DNA from: Lysobacterales bacterium
GTDB taxonomy: Bacteria; Pseudomonadota; Gammaproteobacteria; Xanthomonadales; SZUA-5
Assembly (NCBI GenBank): GCA_022844165.1
Contig: JALHMH010000001.1
Span: forward strand, 96,001 to 160,000
DNA: 64,000 bases
Reading direction: 5' to 3'
Made by a program: the position numbers and the translations under genes. The notes beneath the pieces are model-generated. The model saw only the letters and a program-made list of their open reading frames with translations. It was not told the DNA's origin and ran no database searches. Below are positions 1 through 8,776 of the stretch, piece after piece. Every line of letters begins with the position of its first letter. Within the stretch, counting starts at the first letter, position 1.

Positions 1-630
1 TTTTTGTACTCCCGCGCGTTTCAGATGATGGTCAGTGTCGACCAGATGGCCGTCATGCGCTTGTTGGCCGATACCACCAACACGATCGCCGCTGGTGAGG
101 TGCTGCAATTGTTGCAGATGGGCAATCCCGATCTTTCGCAGAGCCAATACTACGAAGTGATCCAACGCAAGACCGCGATTCTGTTTGCCGCAGCTTGTCA
201 ACTGGGCGCCCTGGCGGCGGGCGCGGACGAAACGTCGCAGCAGGCCATGTATCAATACGGTATGGCGCTCGGTATGGCATTCCAGGTGGCGGACGATGTG
301 CTCGACTACACCGGCGAGGTCGGTGTGATCGGCAAAAACGTGGGCGAGGACCTGGCAGAAGGGAAAACCACGCTGCCATTGATCCTGGCGCAGGCGCGCG
401 GTTCAGCGGAAGACGTCGAGGCGATTCGGGCGGCTATCGCGAATGCCGACCGGAGCGCCTTAGGCACAATCCTCCAGGTGATCCGCTCGACGGATGCAAT
501 CGATGCCAGCCTTGCCTGTGCAGCACAGTTTTCCGCCGCCGCAATTGCGGCGCTGCCCGTGCTCGCGACCTCGCCTAGCAGTGCGGCACTACTGGAACTG
601 GCTCGCTATTCGGCGCAGCGCGTTCGGTGA
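1..630 (+). CDS. ispB: Polyprenyl (octaprenyl) diphosphate synthase, 5'-truncated by window edge
   Basis: GEVLQL, RKTA, FQVADDVLDY (second Asp-rich motif) and GKNVGEDLAEGKTTLP, typical of trans-prenyltransferases. Confidence 0.85.
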   Translation, partial: FLYSRAFQMMVSVDQMAVMRLLADTTNTIAAGEVLQLLQMGNPDLSQSQYYEVIQRKTAILFAAACQLGALAAGADETSQQAMYQYGMALGMAFQVADDVLDYTGEVGVIGKNVGEDLAEGKTTLPLILAQARGSAEDVEAIRAAIANADRSALGTILQVIRSTDAIDASLACAAQFSAAAIAALPVLATSPSSAALLELARYSAQRVR

Positions 631-650
631 ACGCGCAGGCCGGCGGTGCC

Positions 651-1097
651 TCATTCTGCTTTGTACTTGTCGTGGCAGGCTTTGCACGCATCGCCAACGA
701 CGGCGAACTGGGCTTTGATCGCTGCTTCGTCGCCGGCCCTTGCTGTGGTTGCGAGTTTTGCTGATGCCTGCTCAAAGGTTTTCATCTTCGCAGTAAAATC
801 CGCGAAGTCAGCCCAGATGTCTTTTTTGGCCGACGTCTCTGCGCCGCTGTCCGAGCCTGCCGGGAAACCTTCCAACAACTGCGGCGCCACTGACGCCACG
901 CGTTCGGCACGTTTTGCGAACTCTTTGGCATCGAACGGAATGCGCCCGCGGACCATGCCATTGAGCGGCATCCAATTCCACAGAATCACTGAGAACTGCG
1001 ACTGGCGGTAGTGAATCGCATCTTCGGGATTCACTTGCGCCGCAGCCGAATTGGCGACACCCATCAACAAGGCAATCAAGGCACAACGCATGCGCAT
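651..1097 (-). CDS. Cytochrome c' / c556 (class II c-type cytochrome)
   Basis: Signal peptide, helical body, C-terminal CKACH heme motif; GGGAG RBS upstream of ATG 1097. Confidence 0.9.
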   Translation of the reverse strand: MRMRCALIALLMGVANSAAAQVNPEDAIHYRQSQFSVILWNWMPLNGMVRGRIPFDAKEFAKRAERVASVAPQLLEGFPAGSDSGAETSAKKDIWADFADFTAKMKTFEQASAKLATTARAGDEAAIKAQFAVVGDACKACHDKYKAE

Positions 1098-1262
1098 AAG
1101 GCAACTCCCAGGAGGCTGTAGGTGAAGTCTAGTGTGGTGCGCCGGAAGTTTCACGCCCCTTTATTTCTGGGGCTGCAAAAACCAAAGCCGCTTCAGAGAA
1201 TTTCACTCAAATGACAAGGTCCGGCTCTGTCAAGGACACCAACAGGGGGCGTTCTCGCCGAT

Positions 1263-2324
1263 TCATCCCTGACCCAGCCTGAACGTGAGCGTTTTGCGCC
1301 CTCGTGCCGCCGTGGGTGCTCCATTGATGGTCTTCGGTTTGAATCGCCAACGCATGGCGGCGCGCATCGCCTCGCGATCGAAAACGCCTGGCGGTTCGCT
1401 GCGCACGACGACGATATCTGACAATGAGCCATCAGTGCCGATCGTGAATTCGAGGTCGACCAAGCCCTCAATGCGTCGGCGCGTGGCGGCAGGCGGATAG
1501 GTGGGTCGCGCATCGGCGATTTGGACCGGCTCTACCACCACCGAGCTGCTCGGGCGCGGGGCAGGGCTGGTCATTGGCTGCTGCGCTGCCGCGTCAGAAT
1601 CGGCTCGGGTGGTCGCCGCCGGTGGGTCCGGCTGCGCAGCGACTGAGCGCGTCGTGCGCGAAGTCGGCGCTACTGGTTCTACAACGGCGGGCGCTTCGAC
1701 CGACGCAGTCGCAGCGGGTTGGGCGCGTTGGGATGCATCGATCGTTGTTGCCGCTGGCGCCTCGTTCGCCACCAACGGTGCTTGCGGCTGTTCTTCGATC
1801 GCAGTTGGCGCCGACGCACTGGCGCGCGCCTCGGCCAGCGAGCGGCGCATATCCGTCAGACGCAGTTCGCTGACATCCATACGCTGAAGTAGTTGAATTT
1901 CGCGCTCTGCCTCAGCCCAGTCGCCGGCCGCGATTGTCGCCCTGACTTCAGCCACTGCTGGGGACAACAGCTCCAGCAGCGCCTGGCGTGCCGCAACTGA
2001 GGTCGTCGGCTCTGCGGCCGCGCGTAAGTAGTATTCGATCGCATTGTCGCCCGCAGGTGCCAGCAGACGACGTTCGCTTAACGCATCGCCCGCACGTTTC
2101 AGCCAGTCTTTGCCCAGGACGCCGTCACCGCTGCCGACGATCGGTGAGCCTGCCGCTGGCAAGTCCGTCTTTTGTGCCGCGGGTGCTCCAGATGGCCGCA
2201 GTTGCCAGAACAAGAGCACCGCAACCACAAGCAGTATCGTCACGATCGCTGCCGGAACCAGCACTGCACGCAGATTCTCCAGTGCGGTGCGTTGATTCGC
2301 CTGCTGGCGATCGGAAGTCAACAT
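1263..2324 (-). CDS. TonB-family energy transducer with extra helical domain
   Basis: N-terminal TM, Pro/Ala-rich linker, C-terminal YPPAA...IEGLVDLEFTIGTDG...FDREAMRAAMRWRFKP TonB_C domain. Confidence 0.85.
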   Translation of the reverse strand: MLTSDRQQANQRTALENLRAVLVPAAIVTILLVVAVLLFWQLRPSGAPAAQKTDLPAAGSPIVGSGDGVLGKDWLKRAGDALSERRLLAPAGDNAIEYYLRAAAEPTTSVAARQALLELLSPAVAEVRATIAAGDWAEAEREIQLLQRMDVSELRLTDMRRSLAEARASASAPTAIEEQPQAPLVANEAPAATTIDASQRAQPAATASVEAPAVVEPVAPTSRTTRSVAAQPDPPAATTRADSDAAAQQPMTSPAPRPSSSVVVEPVQIADARPTYPPAATRRRIEGLVDLEFTIGTDGSLSDIVVVRSEPPGVFDREAMRAAMRWRFKPKTINGAPTAARGRKTLTFRLGQG

Positions 2325-2566
2325 AGGGCGGAATCCTCAGACTCGTCCAGACAGCGTGCGGCACGATCATTGCGCTACGTTTGCAAACGTGTCACAGATT
2401 GCAGATGTCCTTCATCGATGGCATGGAACCTTCAACGCTGTCACGTGTAGACTTCGGCCGCGTGAACTGACGTCCACGACAGCGACGAATCACCGCGAGC
2501 GATGCTCGCGGGCCGGGAGCCAACTCCTCGGCTCCAGCGATGCAGAGCATTTGGCGAAAGAAAAAC

Positions 2567-2654
2567 GGAAGGGTGGCCGAGTGGTTTAAGGCACCGGTCT
2601 TGAAAACCGGCGATGGGTAACCATCCGTGGGTTCGAATCCCACCTCTTCCGCCA
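2567..2654 (+). tRNA. tRNA-Ser(TGA)
   Basis: GGAAGGG/CTCTTCC acceptor stem, CCGGT-CT-TGA-AA-ACCGG anticodon arm, long variable arm, GGTTCGAATCC, encoded CCA. Confidence 0.97.
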
Positions 2655-2659
2655 TCAAC

Positions 2660-2698
2660 AAAGCCCAAGCCCTGTGAAAGCTCGGGCTTTTTGGTTTT
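2660..2698 (+). terminator. Rho-independent terminator after tRNA-Ser
   Basis: AAAGCCCAAGC...GCTCGGGCTTT hairpin followed by T-rich tail. Confidence 0.7.
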
Positions 2699-2737
2699 CA
2701 CCATCGGCGCTTGCCATCCTTTTGGCCATACATTGCG

Positions 2738-3475
2738 ATGCTCCCCATCCGTTTCATCAATCTCGATCGCGACCATCAGCGCTGCCAGCGCATGCAAGCC
2801 GAGCTTCAGCGCGCGCAGTTGGACGGCGAGCGCTTCCCTGGTGTCTTGTGGACGGATGTGCCGACGGGCCAGCAGACGGCGCTCTACAGCGACGCCTTGA
2901 ACGATCAACAGTACTATAAGCCCTTGGTCAACGGCGAAAAGGGTTGCTACGCCAGCCATATCGAAATCTGGCGTTGGTTGCTCGGCTCGCCAAATGAAGC
3001 CGTCGTCATTCTAGAGGACGACGTGCGTCTTCAGCTCGGTTTTGCTGAGGTGATCAAGGCCATCGCCGAGCTGCACTCGGCCTGGGAGATGATCAAGCTG
3101 ATCGGTCGTCCGGCTGTGGGCAGGGCAGAAAAGCTGCGCGCCCAGGAACCTCTCTGCCCGGGTTTTGCGCTGGTACGCTACCGGCGGATACCGAGTCTCA
3201 CGGCGGGTTATGTCGTGAATCGAAAGGGCGCGTCCAAGCTGCTGGCAACTCGAGTGCCATTTGGCCGCCCGGTCGATGTCGACCTGCGTCACTGGTGGGA
3301 ATGCGAGCAGCTGATCGTACGCGGCGTTAGCCCGGCGCCGATCGCGCTGGACGACACCAGTGCCCAGAGCAGTATCGGTGCCAAGTTCGGAGAGCGGGGG
3401 CTGCGGCAGAAGTGGCGCAAGGCACGCTTTCTCCTGGCATATAGCCTGACCAATGCCTGGCGCCGCGAACCATGA
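2738..3475 (+). CDS. Glycosyltransferase family 25 (LPS/LOS biosynthesis)
   Basis: FINLDRD..R, GEKGCYASH, ILEDD, AGYVV, PVDV motifs. Confidence 0.88.
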   Translation: MLPIRFINLDRDHQRCQRMQAELQRAQLDGERFPGVLWTDVPTGQQTALYSDALNDQQYYKPLVNGEKGCYASHIEIWRWLLGSPNEAVVILEDDVRLQLGFAEVIKAIAELHSAWEMIKLIGRPAVGRAEKLRAQEPLCPGFALVRYRRIPSLTAGYVVNRKGASKLLATRVPFGRPVDVDLRHWWECEQLIVRGVSPAPIALDDTSAQSSIGAKFGERGLRQKWRKARFLLAYSLTNAWRREP

Positions 3476-3640
3476 GTTCCCGGTTGGAACGACCGCTGGT
3501 ACGGGAAGTTGACTGGGTCAAAGTGCGCAGCCTCTGGCAGCAACTGTTCGGCCTGGGTCGCCCACGGCGGCGCTGGCCGGAACAAAACGACATGATCGCC
3601 CTGCGAACGTTTTAGGTCCGGGCCAGGCTCGCTGCCGCTG

Positions 3641-4177
3641 CTACCAGCCCATCGCGACGCGATAGTGACGCAGCTCGGCGATGGATTCGCGGATGTCTTC
3701 GAGCGCCAGATGGGCGCCTTTCTTGATCACGCCGGCTGCGATGTCTGGTTTCCACCGTTTGGCCAGTTCCTTTACCGTGCTGACATCCAGATTTCGATAG
3801 TGGAAGTAGCGTTCGAGTGCCGGCATGCCGCGGTAAAGAAACCGCCGATCCTGGCAGATCGAATTGCCGCACATCGGCGAGGTGCGCTCGGGAACCCATT
3901 CGCGCAGGAACTCGATGGTCAGTGTTTCGGCAAACGCAGTGTCGGCGTTCGATGCGAGCGCGCGCTCCCACAGGCCGCTCTGACCGTGGTGCTTGCGATT
4001 CCAGTCGTCCATGGCTTGCAGGCGCTCCAGCGACATCTGAATCGCCAATACCGGGCCCACGGCCAATTCGTTGAGATCTTTGTCAGTCACGATGGTGGCG
4101 ATCTCCAGGATTTGATCCTGGTCCGGGTCCAGGCCCGTCATTTCGAGGTCGATCCAAATCAAGCGGGTTGCATCCAT
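3641..4177 (-). CDS. orn: Oligoribonuclease
   Basis: [48 protein letters not shown]. Confidence 0.97.
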   Translation of the reverse strand: MDATRLIWIDLEMTGLDPDQDQILEIATIVTDKDLNELAVGPVLAIQMSLERLQAMDDWNRKHHGQSGLWERALASNADTAFAETLTIEFLREWVPERTSPMCGNSICQDRRFLYRGMPALERYFHYRNLDVSTVKELAKRWKPDIAAGVIKKGAHLALEDIRESIAELRHYRVAMGW

Positions 4178-4315
4178 GGGGTTGCCTGCGATTTTGTGAG
4201 GGTGGAGCTTACCCGCCATGCGAAACCTTGTGAATCGACCCGCTCTGGGCATTTGGCCTTGTTATGCTTAGGAGCTCTAAGCCGCAGAGTGAGCGGCGAC
4301 GTTGGCTACCGCGCA

Positions 4316-6043
4316 ATGCCCGATACAGCTTACGAACATTTGAGTGCTGCGTTACCGCGCCGCGAACGTGCGGGGCGCGATTCGTTTCCCGCCACCAGCA
4401 AAGCCGTTCGGGCCTGGATCGATGCGCTGCCGCTGGCCAACAGCGGCGCCACTGCGCGATTGCTTTACAACGGACTCAAAGAACTCAATCAGTTGGAGGT
4501 CGATCCGGGTCAGCGTTTTGAGATCTTGGAGCAGATGCGCCACCCGGTGGCTGTGGTGATCACCAGCATGGAACGCCACGTGCTCGGTCAGCCGCTGCCG
4601 CTGCCGAACCAGAAGCGACAGATCGGCGCGGTCATGCGCGATTTTCATCGCGAGCTGGCTGTTGGTTACGCCGAGTGCGTGGTCGACATCTGCGCGCCAC
4701 GCGGCAATGTGCCATTTCTGCGCGGCAAAGCAGCCGCGGCAGCATTGTTGCGCGCGATCACGCATGCGGCGCAGCTGCTGAGCAAGTGTTACATCTCCTA
4801 CAGCGAAGTGCCGAGCGCCACTTGGGCGTTGTTGCACCGCCTGGCTGCCTTCGGGTTCGATGTGCAGTTAATGGATAAGAGTCAAAGCGATGGTCAATTC
4901 GCTGGCGTTACGCTCAGCGGCGAAACCATGTACATCCAGGCGCTACTGTCCTTTATTGGCAATCCTTACCGGCTGACGCAGAAGGAGATTGTTGATGTCG
5001 AAGCTGCTGCGCGCATATGGGCGGGTCAGGTCCGTATCGATCAGCTGGGATCGGGCGGGAGTTTCGTGATCGATCCGAGATCGGATTCGCCGCCGATGTC
5101 GCCCCGTGCGGAGCCGCAATCGCCATTCTGGCGATTGGATACCTCGCAGCTCGTGCTCAGCTTGAAGAGCCAGATGCAAGTGCGCCCAGGGATCGATGCG
5201 CCGGTGTCTGTCCGTGGGCGATTGGGACATGGGCCGGACATCGCTGCCGATGTTGTCGATAAACTGATCACCGCCTGGAGTTTTTCCGGCGAACGTTCCC
5301 ATCCGCGGTTGCAAGCCAACCACCGGATGGAGGCCTGCATCGGCCTGCATGCCGTGCACTATCTGGCTGCTCAGAAGCTCGACTTTAAGGAGTTCGCGGC
5401 CGAATTGTCGGGCGGCGTTGCGCTGTCCGATCGGGAGCGCTCGGCGGCATGGGCACAGACCAGCTCCGAATCGCAGATTCCGCTGCCAGCCCGGGTGCGC
5501 GTCATCGACCAGAGCCTGGGCGGATATCGTGTCATTTGGGAGAACGCCGAAGGCCTTAAGGCCAAGGTGGGCGAACTCGTGGTACTGGCGGCGATCAGCG
5601 ATGACGACGACGAGCGCGATTGGCTGGTGGGCGTGCTGCGCTGGCTGAAGGGTGGATCGACCGAAAGCCTTGAGGCGGGTATCCAGCTGCTCAGTCGGCG
5701 CGTCGAGCCGGCGGCGGTGCGTGCCACAGGCGAAGCTAATTCTAGCCGGGTCATTCTGCGCGCGTTGTTGCTGGCGCCCTTGGCGATCGAAGGCGATCAG
5801 AGCTCAACCTTGTTGGTGCCTTCGATCATGGATGCCGCTGCCGGGCTTGAGCTGTTGCGCCTGCAAGATCCGCTGGGCATTGAGGAGCGCCGCGTTCTGG
5901 AGCCGTTGGAGAATCTCGAGCTGCTGGAAAATACCGGTGCTTTTAAACAGTTCCGTTTTGGCAAACATGCCGCTACGCCGGTGCTGGGTGCGCCAGAGGC
6001 ACCGCCTGCGTCGGAACTGGACGAAATATGGTCGTCAGTGTAG
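4316..6043 (+). CDS. FimW-like cyclic-di-GMP receptor / degenerate PilZ protein
   Basis: [24 protein letters not shown]-terminus, [16 protein letters not shown] and DQSLGG PilZ-like motifs; start placed at ATG 4316 rather than the ORF-track start overlapping orn. Confidence 0.7.
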   Translation: MPDTAYEHLSAALPRRERAGRDSFPATSKAVRAWIDALPLANSGATARLLYNGLKELNQLEVDPGQRFEILEQMRHPVAVVITSMERHVLGQPLPLPNQKRQIGAVMRDFHRELAVGYAECVVDICAPRGNVPFLRGKAAAAALLRAITHAAQLLSKCYISYSEVPSATWALLHRLAAFGFDVQLMDKSQSDGQFAGVTLSGETMYIQALLSFIGNPYRLTQKEIVDVEAAARIWAGQVRIDQLGSGGSFVIDPRSDSPPMSPRAEPQSPFWRLDTSQLVLSLKSQMQVRPGIDAPVSVRGRLGHGPDIAADVVDKLITAWSFSGERSHPRLQANHRMEACIGLHAVHYLAAQKLDFKEFAAELSGGVALSDRERSAAWAQTSSESQIPLPARVRVIDQSLGGYRVIWENAEGLKAKVGELVVLAAISDDDDERDWLVGVLRWLKGGSTESLEAGIQLLSRRVEPAAVRATGEANSSRVILRALLLAPLAIEGDQSSTLLVPSIMDAAAGLELLRLQDPLGIEERRVLEPLENLELLENTGAFKQFRFGKHAATPVLGAPEAPPASELDEIWSSV

Positions 6044-7275
6044 ACGCATACGGCGCGTTGTCGCGCCGGTCCAGTGAAGCGGTGCGAATCGGCAAAGTCC
6101 TGGTCGGCGGTTCGGCGCCGGTCGTGGTCCAATCAATGACCAATACGGACACGGCCGATATCGACAGCACCGTCAAACAAGTTGCTGAACTATGGCGCGC
6201 GGGTTCGGAGCTGGTGCGACTCACCGTCAACAACGAAGATGCAGCCGCGGCCGTGCCGCTGATCCGCGACAAACTCGCGCAGCGTGCGATCGACGTGCCG
6301 CTGATCGGCGATTTTCACTACAACGGTCACACGCTGCTGACGCGCCATCCGGCGTGCGCCGAAGCGCTGGGGAAGTACCGCATCAACCCAGGCAATGTCG
6401 GCTTTGGCGCCAAGCGCGATGTGCAGTTTGCGACCATCGTCGAAAAGGCGATCGAATATCGCAAGCCAGTGCGCATCGGCGCCAACTGGGGCAGCCTGGA
6501 TCAAGCGCTGCTGACGAAAATGATGGATGAAAACGCGGCCAGCGAGGCGCCATCCGACACAGCGACGGTGGCACGCGAGGCCTTGATCTATTCGGCGCTG
6601 CACAGCGCGGAACGTGCCCGCGAAATTGGTTTGGGCGCTGATCAGATCATCATCTCGTGCAAAGTCAGCGGCGTGCAGGAGTTGATTGCCGTGTACCGCG
6701 CACTGGCGCAACGCTGTACCTATCCGCTACACCTGGGTCTGACCGAAGCCGGTATGGGCAGCAAGGGCATTGTCGCGTCCACAGCGGCGCTCGCAGTGCT
6801 GCTGCAGGAGGGCATCGGCGACACCATTCGCATTTCGCTGACGCCAGAGCCCGGCGAGTCGCGCACGCGCGAGGTGATCGTCGCGCAAGAATTGCTGCAA
6901 ACGATGGGTCTGCGTGCATTTACGCCGATGGTGACGGCGTGTCCCGGCTGCGGGCGCACCACCAGCACCTTCTTCCAGGAACTGGCCAAGACCGTTCAAG
7001 ACCATGTGCGCGAGCGCATGCCCGAATGGCGGCTGCGCTACGACGGCGTCGAGAATCTCACGCTGGCGGTGATGGGTTGTGTCGTCAACGGCCCGGGCGA
7101 AAGCAAATACGCCAATATCGGTATCAGCCTGCCCGGCACGGGCGAGGCGCCCAGCGCGCCGGTGTTTGTCGATGGCGTCAAAGTGGCGACGCTACGCGGC
7201 GAGCGCATCAGCGAGGAGTTCGTCGCGATGATCGAAAACTACGTGCAGCAACATTACCAGCCGATCGGAGGGTAG
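6028..7275 (+). CDS. ispG: (E)-4-hydroxy-3-methylbut-2-enyl-diphosphate synthase
   Basis: [47 protein letters not shown]. Confidence 0.97.
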   Translation: MVVSVDAYGALSRRSSEAVRIGKVLVGGSAPVVVQSMTNTDTADIDSTVKQVAELWRAGSELVRLTVNNEDAAAAVPLIRDKLAQRAIDVPLIGDFHYNGHTLLTRHPACAEALGKYRINPGNVGFGAKRDVQFATIVEKAIEYRKPVRIGANWGSLDQALLTKMMDENAASEAPSDTATVAREALIYSALHSAERAREIGLGADQIIISCKVSGVQELIAVYRALAQRCTYPLHLGLTEAGMGSKGIVASTAALAVLLQEGIGDTIRISLTPEPGESRTREVIVAQELLQTMGLRAFTPMVTACPGCGRTTSTFFQELAKTVQDHVRERMPEWRLRYDGVENLTLAVMGCVVNGPGESKYANIGISLPGTGEAPSAPVFVDGVKVATLRGERISEEFVAMIENYVQQHYQPIGG

Positions 7276-7277
7276 GG

Positions 7278-7808
7278 TTGAACGCACTGACGTTTCGCTT
7301 CGCCGAAGCCAGCGACGTTTCGGCGCTTGTGCAACTGGTCGAGTCGGCCTATCGCGGTGATGCATCACGTCAAGGTTGGACGACAGAAGCCGATCTGCTC
7401 GGTGGTCAACGCATCGATGCGGAAAGTCTGAATGCAACGCTGGCGAAACCCGACTCGCTCGTGGTCGTCGTCGAGCGCGATCAGACGATGCTCGGTTGCG
7501 CGCATATCGAGCGCCAGGGGACGGGCGCGTACTTCGGCATGTTTGCAGTTGTGCCGACGTTGCAAGGAGGCGGCGTCGGCGCGGCCGTTCTGGCGCACTG
7601 CGAAGGCTTCGCGCGTCAGCAATGGCAATGCGATGCCATGCGCATGAGCGTGATCTGGACACGCAAAGAATTGATCGCCTGGTATGTGCGCCGCGGTTAC
7701 GCCAGCACCGGCGAGCGCAAGCCATTTCCCTATGGCGATCCGCGTTTCGGCGAACCCCGGCGGGACGATCTGTATTTCGAGGTTTATGCAAAGGCGCTGA
7801 GCGAATGA
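7278..7808 (+). CDS. GNAT family N-acetyltransferase
   Basis: AYRGD..GWTTEADLL, FAVVPTLQGGGVG acetyl-CoA motif, WYVRRGY; TTG start just after ispG. Confidence 0.88.
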   Translation: MNALTFRFAEASDVSALVQLVESAYRGDASRQGWTTEADLLGGQRIDAESLNATLAKPDSLVVVVERDQTMLGCAHIERQGTGAYFGMFAVVPTLQGGGVGAAVLAHCEGFARQQWQCDAMRMSVIWTRKELIAWYVRRGYASTGERKPFPYGDPRFGEPRRDDLYFEVYAKALSE

Positions 7809-8767
7809 AGCACGTGATCTGGTTGCTGCTGGCAATGCTCTGCACGAATGTTGCGAGTGCAGTCGACTTGCAGCCGCCGCTGTTAGCGATGAGCAGTGGG
7901 CAAGTGCAGGTCGCCGCCGGCGATATCGTCGGCATCGACCGGGACGCGGGAAAAATCCGGTTTGCGGTCAAAGAGACCTTGCGTGGCGATGCGGACGGCG
8001 AGATCGCACTGCTGGTCGATCCCGGTCCACTGAAAACCTTGTCGGTCGACCGCGGTTACCTGGTGTTTTTCAGTGACCTGACCAAAGGCGCCAAGCCCCG
8101 CACTCTGGTCCGCAATCGCGAGCGCGCGCATGTCCTGTCCTTTGAGGGTGTGAGCCTGGCGCTGTTTCGCGACAACGCGGCGCAGCGTGAGCTCCTGTTG
8201 TCCAATCCTTTGGAACTGGCCGCGAAACCGGGCTATCGCGATCGCGTGCTCGCCGGTCTGAACAGCGGCGATGCGCAAATGGCCGACCTCTGGTCGGGTG
8301 AGTTAGCGCTGCGCGCCGATCGTCTGTCGCCTTATTCGCCGGCTGAAATCGAGAGAATTCGCGACTTTATCGCGTCGCCGACTGCGCCGCCCGCCGGCCG
8401 CGCGCGTCTGCTGCTGCTTGCGCATGATCGACAGCCGGTCCTAGGGGAGGAATGGTTCAGCGCGTCGGCGGCGGCGTTACTCGCCCATTTGCCGCTGGAA
8501 ACACTGCATGAGCCAGGTTTTCAGCAGTTGGCGTTTGCGGCATTGACAGTGGTCGGCGGTCGGCCTGATACAGTAGCGCCCGAAGTACTGGAACGATGGG
8601 TCGGGGCCCCACCAGTATTTGCCGAACTGGCGGTTGCGCTGGTCGGGCGTCAGGGTCGGGATCGCGCCGCTGTGATAACACGGGTATTGGAACAGGTGCA
8701 TTTGCGTAGCGACACACGCACCTATTTGGAAGCCGAGCTTCGCCGCGCAAATGCGGCAGCGAATTAG
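7805..8767 (+). CDS. Hypothetical secreted protein
   Basis: ATGA overlap with GNAT stop; signal peptide MKHVIWLLLAMLCTNVASA; helical C-terminal half. Confidence 0.7.
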   Translation: MKHVIWLLLAMLCTNVASAVDLQPPLLAMSSGQVQVAAGDIVGIDRDAGKIRFAVKETLRGDADGEIALLVDPGPLKTLSVDRGYLVFFSDLTKGAKPRTLVRNRERAHVLSFEGVSLALFRDNAAQRELLLSNPLELAAKPGYRDRVLAGLNSGDAQMADLWSGELALRADRLSPYSPAEIERIRDFIASPTAPPAGRARLLLLAHDRQPVLGEEWFSASAAALLAHLPLETLHEPGFQQLAFAALTVVGGRPDTVAPEVLERWVGAPPVFAELAVALVGRQGRDRAAVITRVLEQVHLRSDTRTYLEAELRRANAAAN

Positions 8768-8776
8768 GGGAAACTT

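Noticed and set aside
2492-2536. Two hairpins upstream of tRNA-Ser as another copy of the element or an ncRNA
   Set aside because: The short GC-rich stems share too little sequence with copies B and C
3665-4315. N-terminal extension of the 792-aa ORF
   Set aside because: It is the antisense shadow of orn; recognisable similarity begins at ATG 4316
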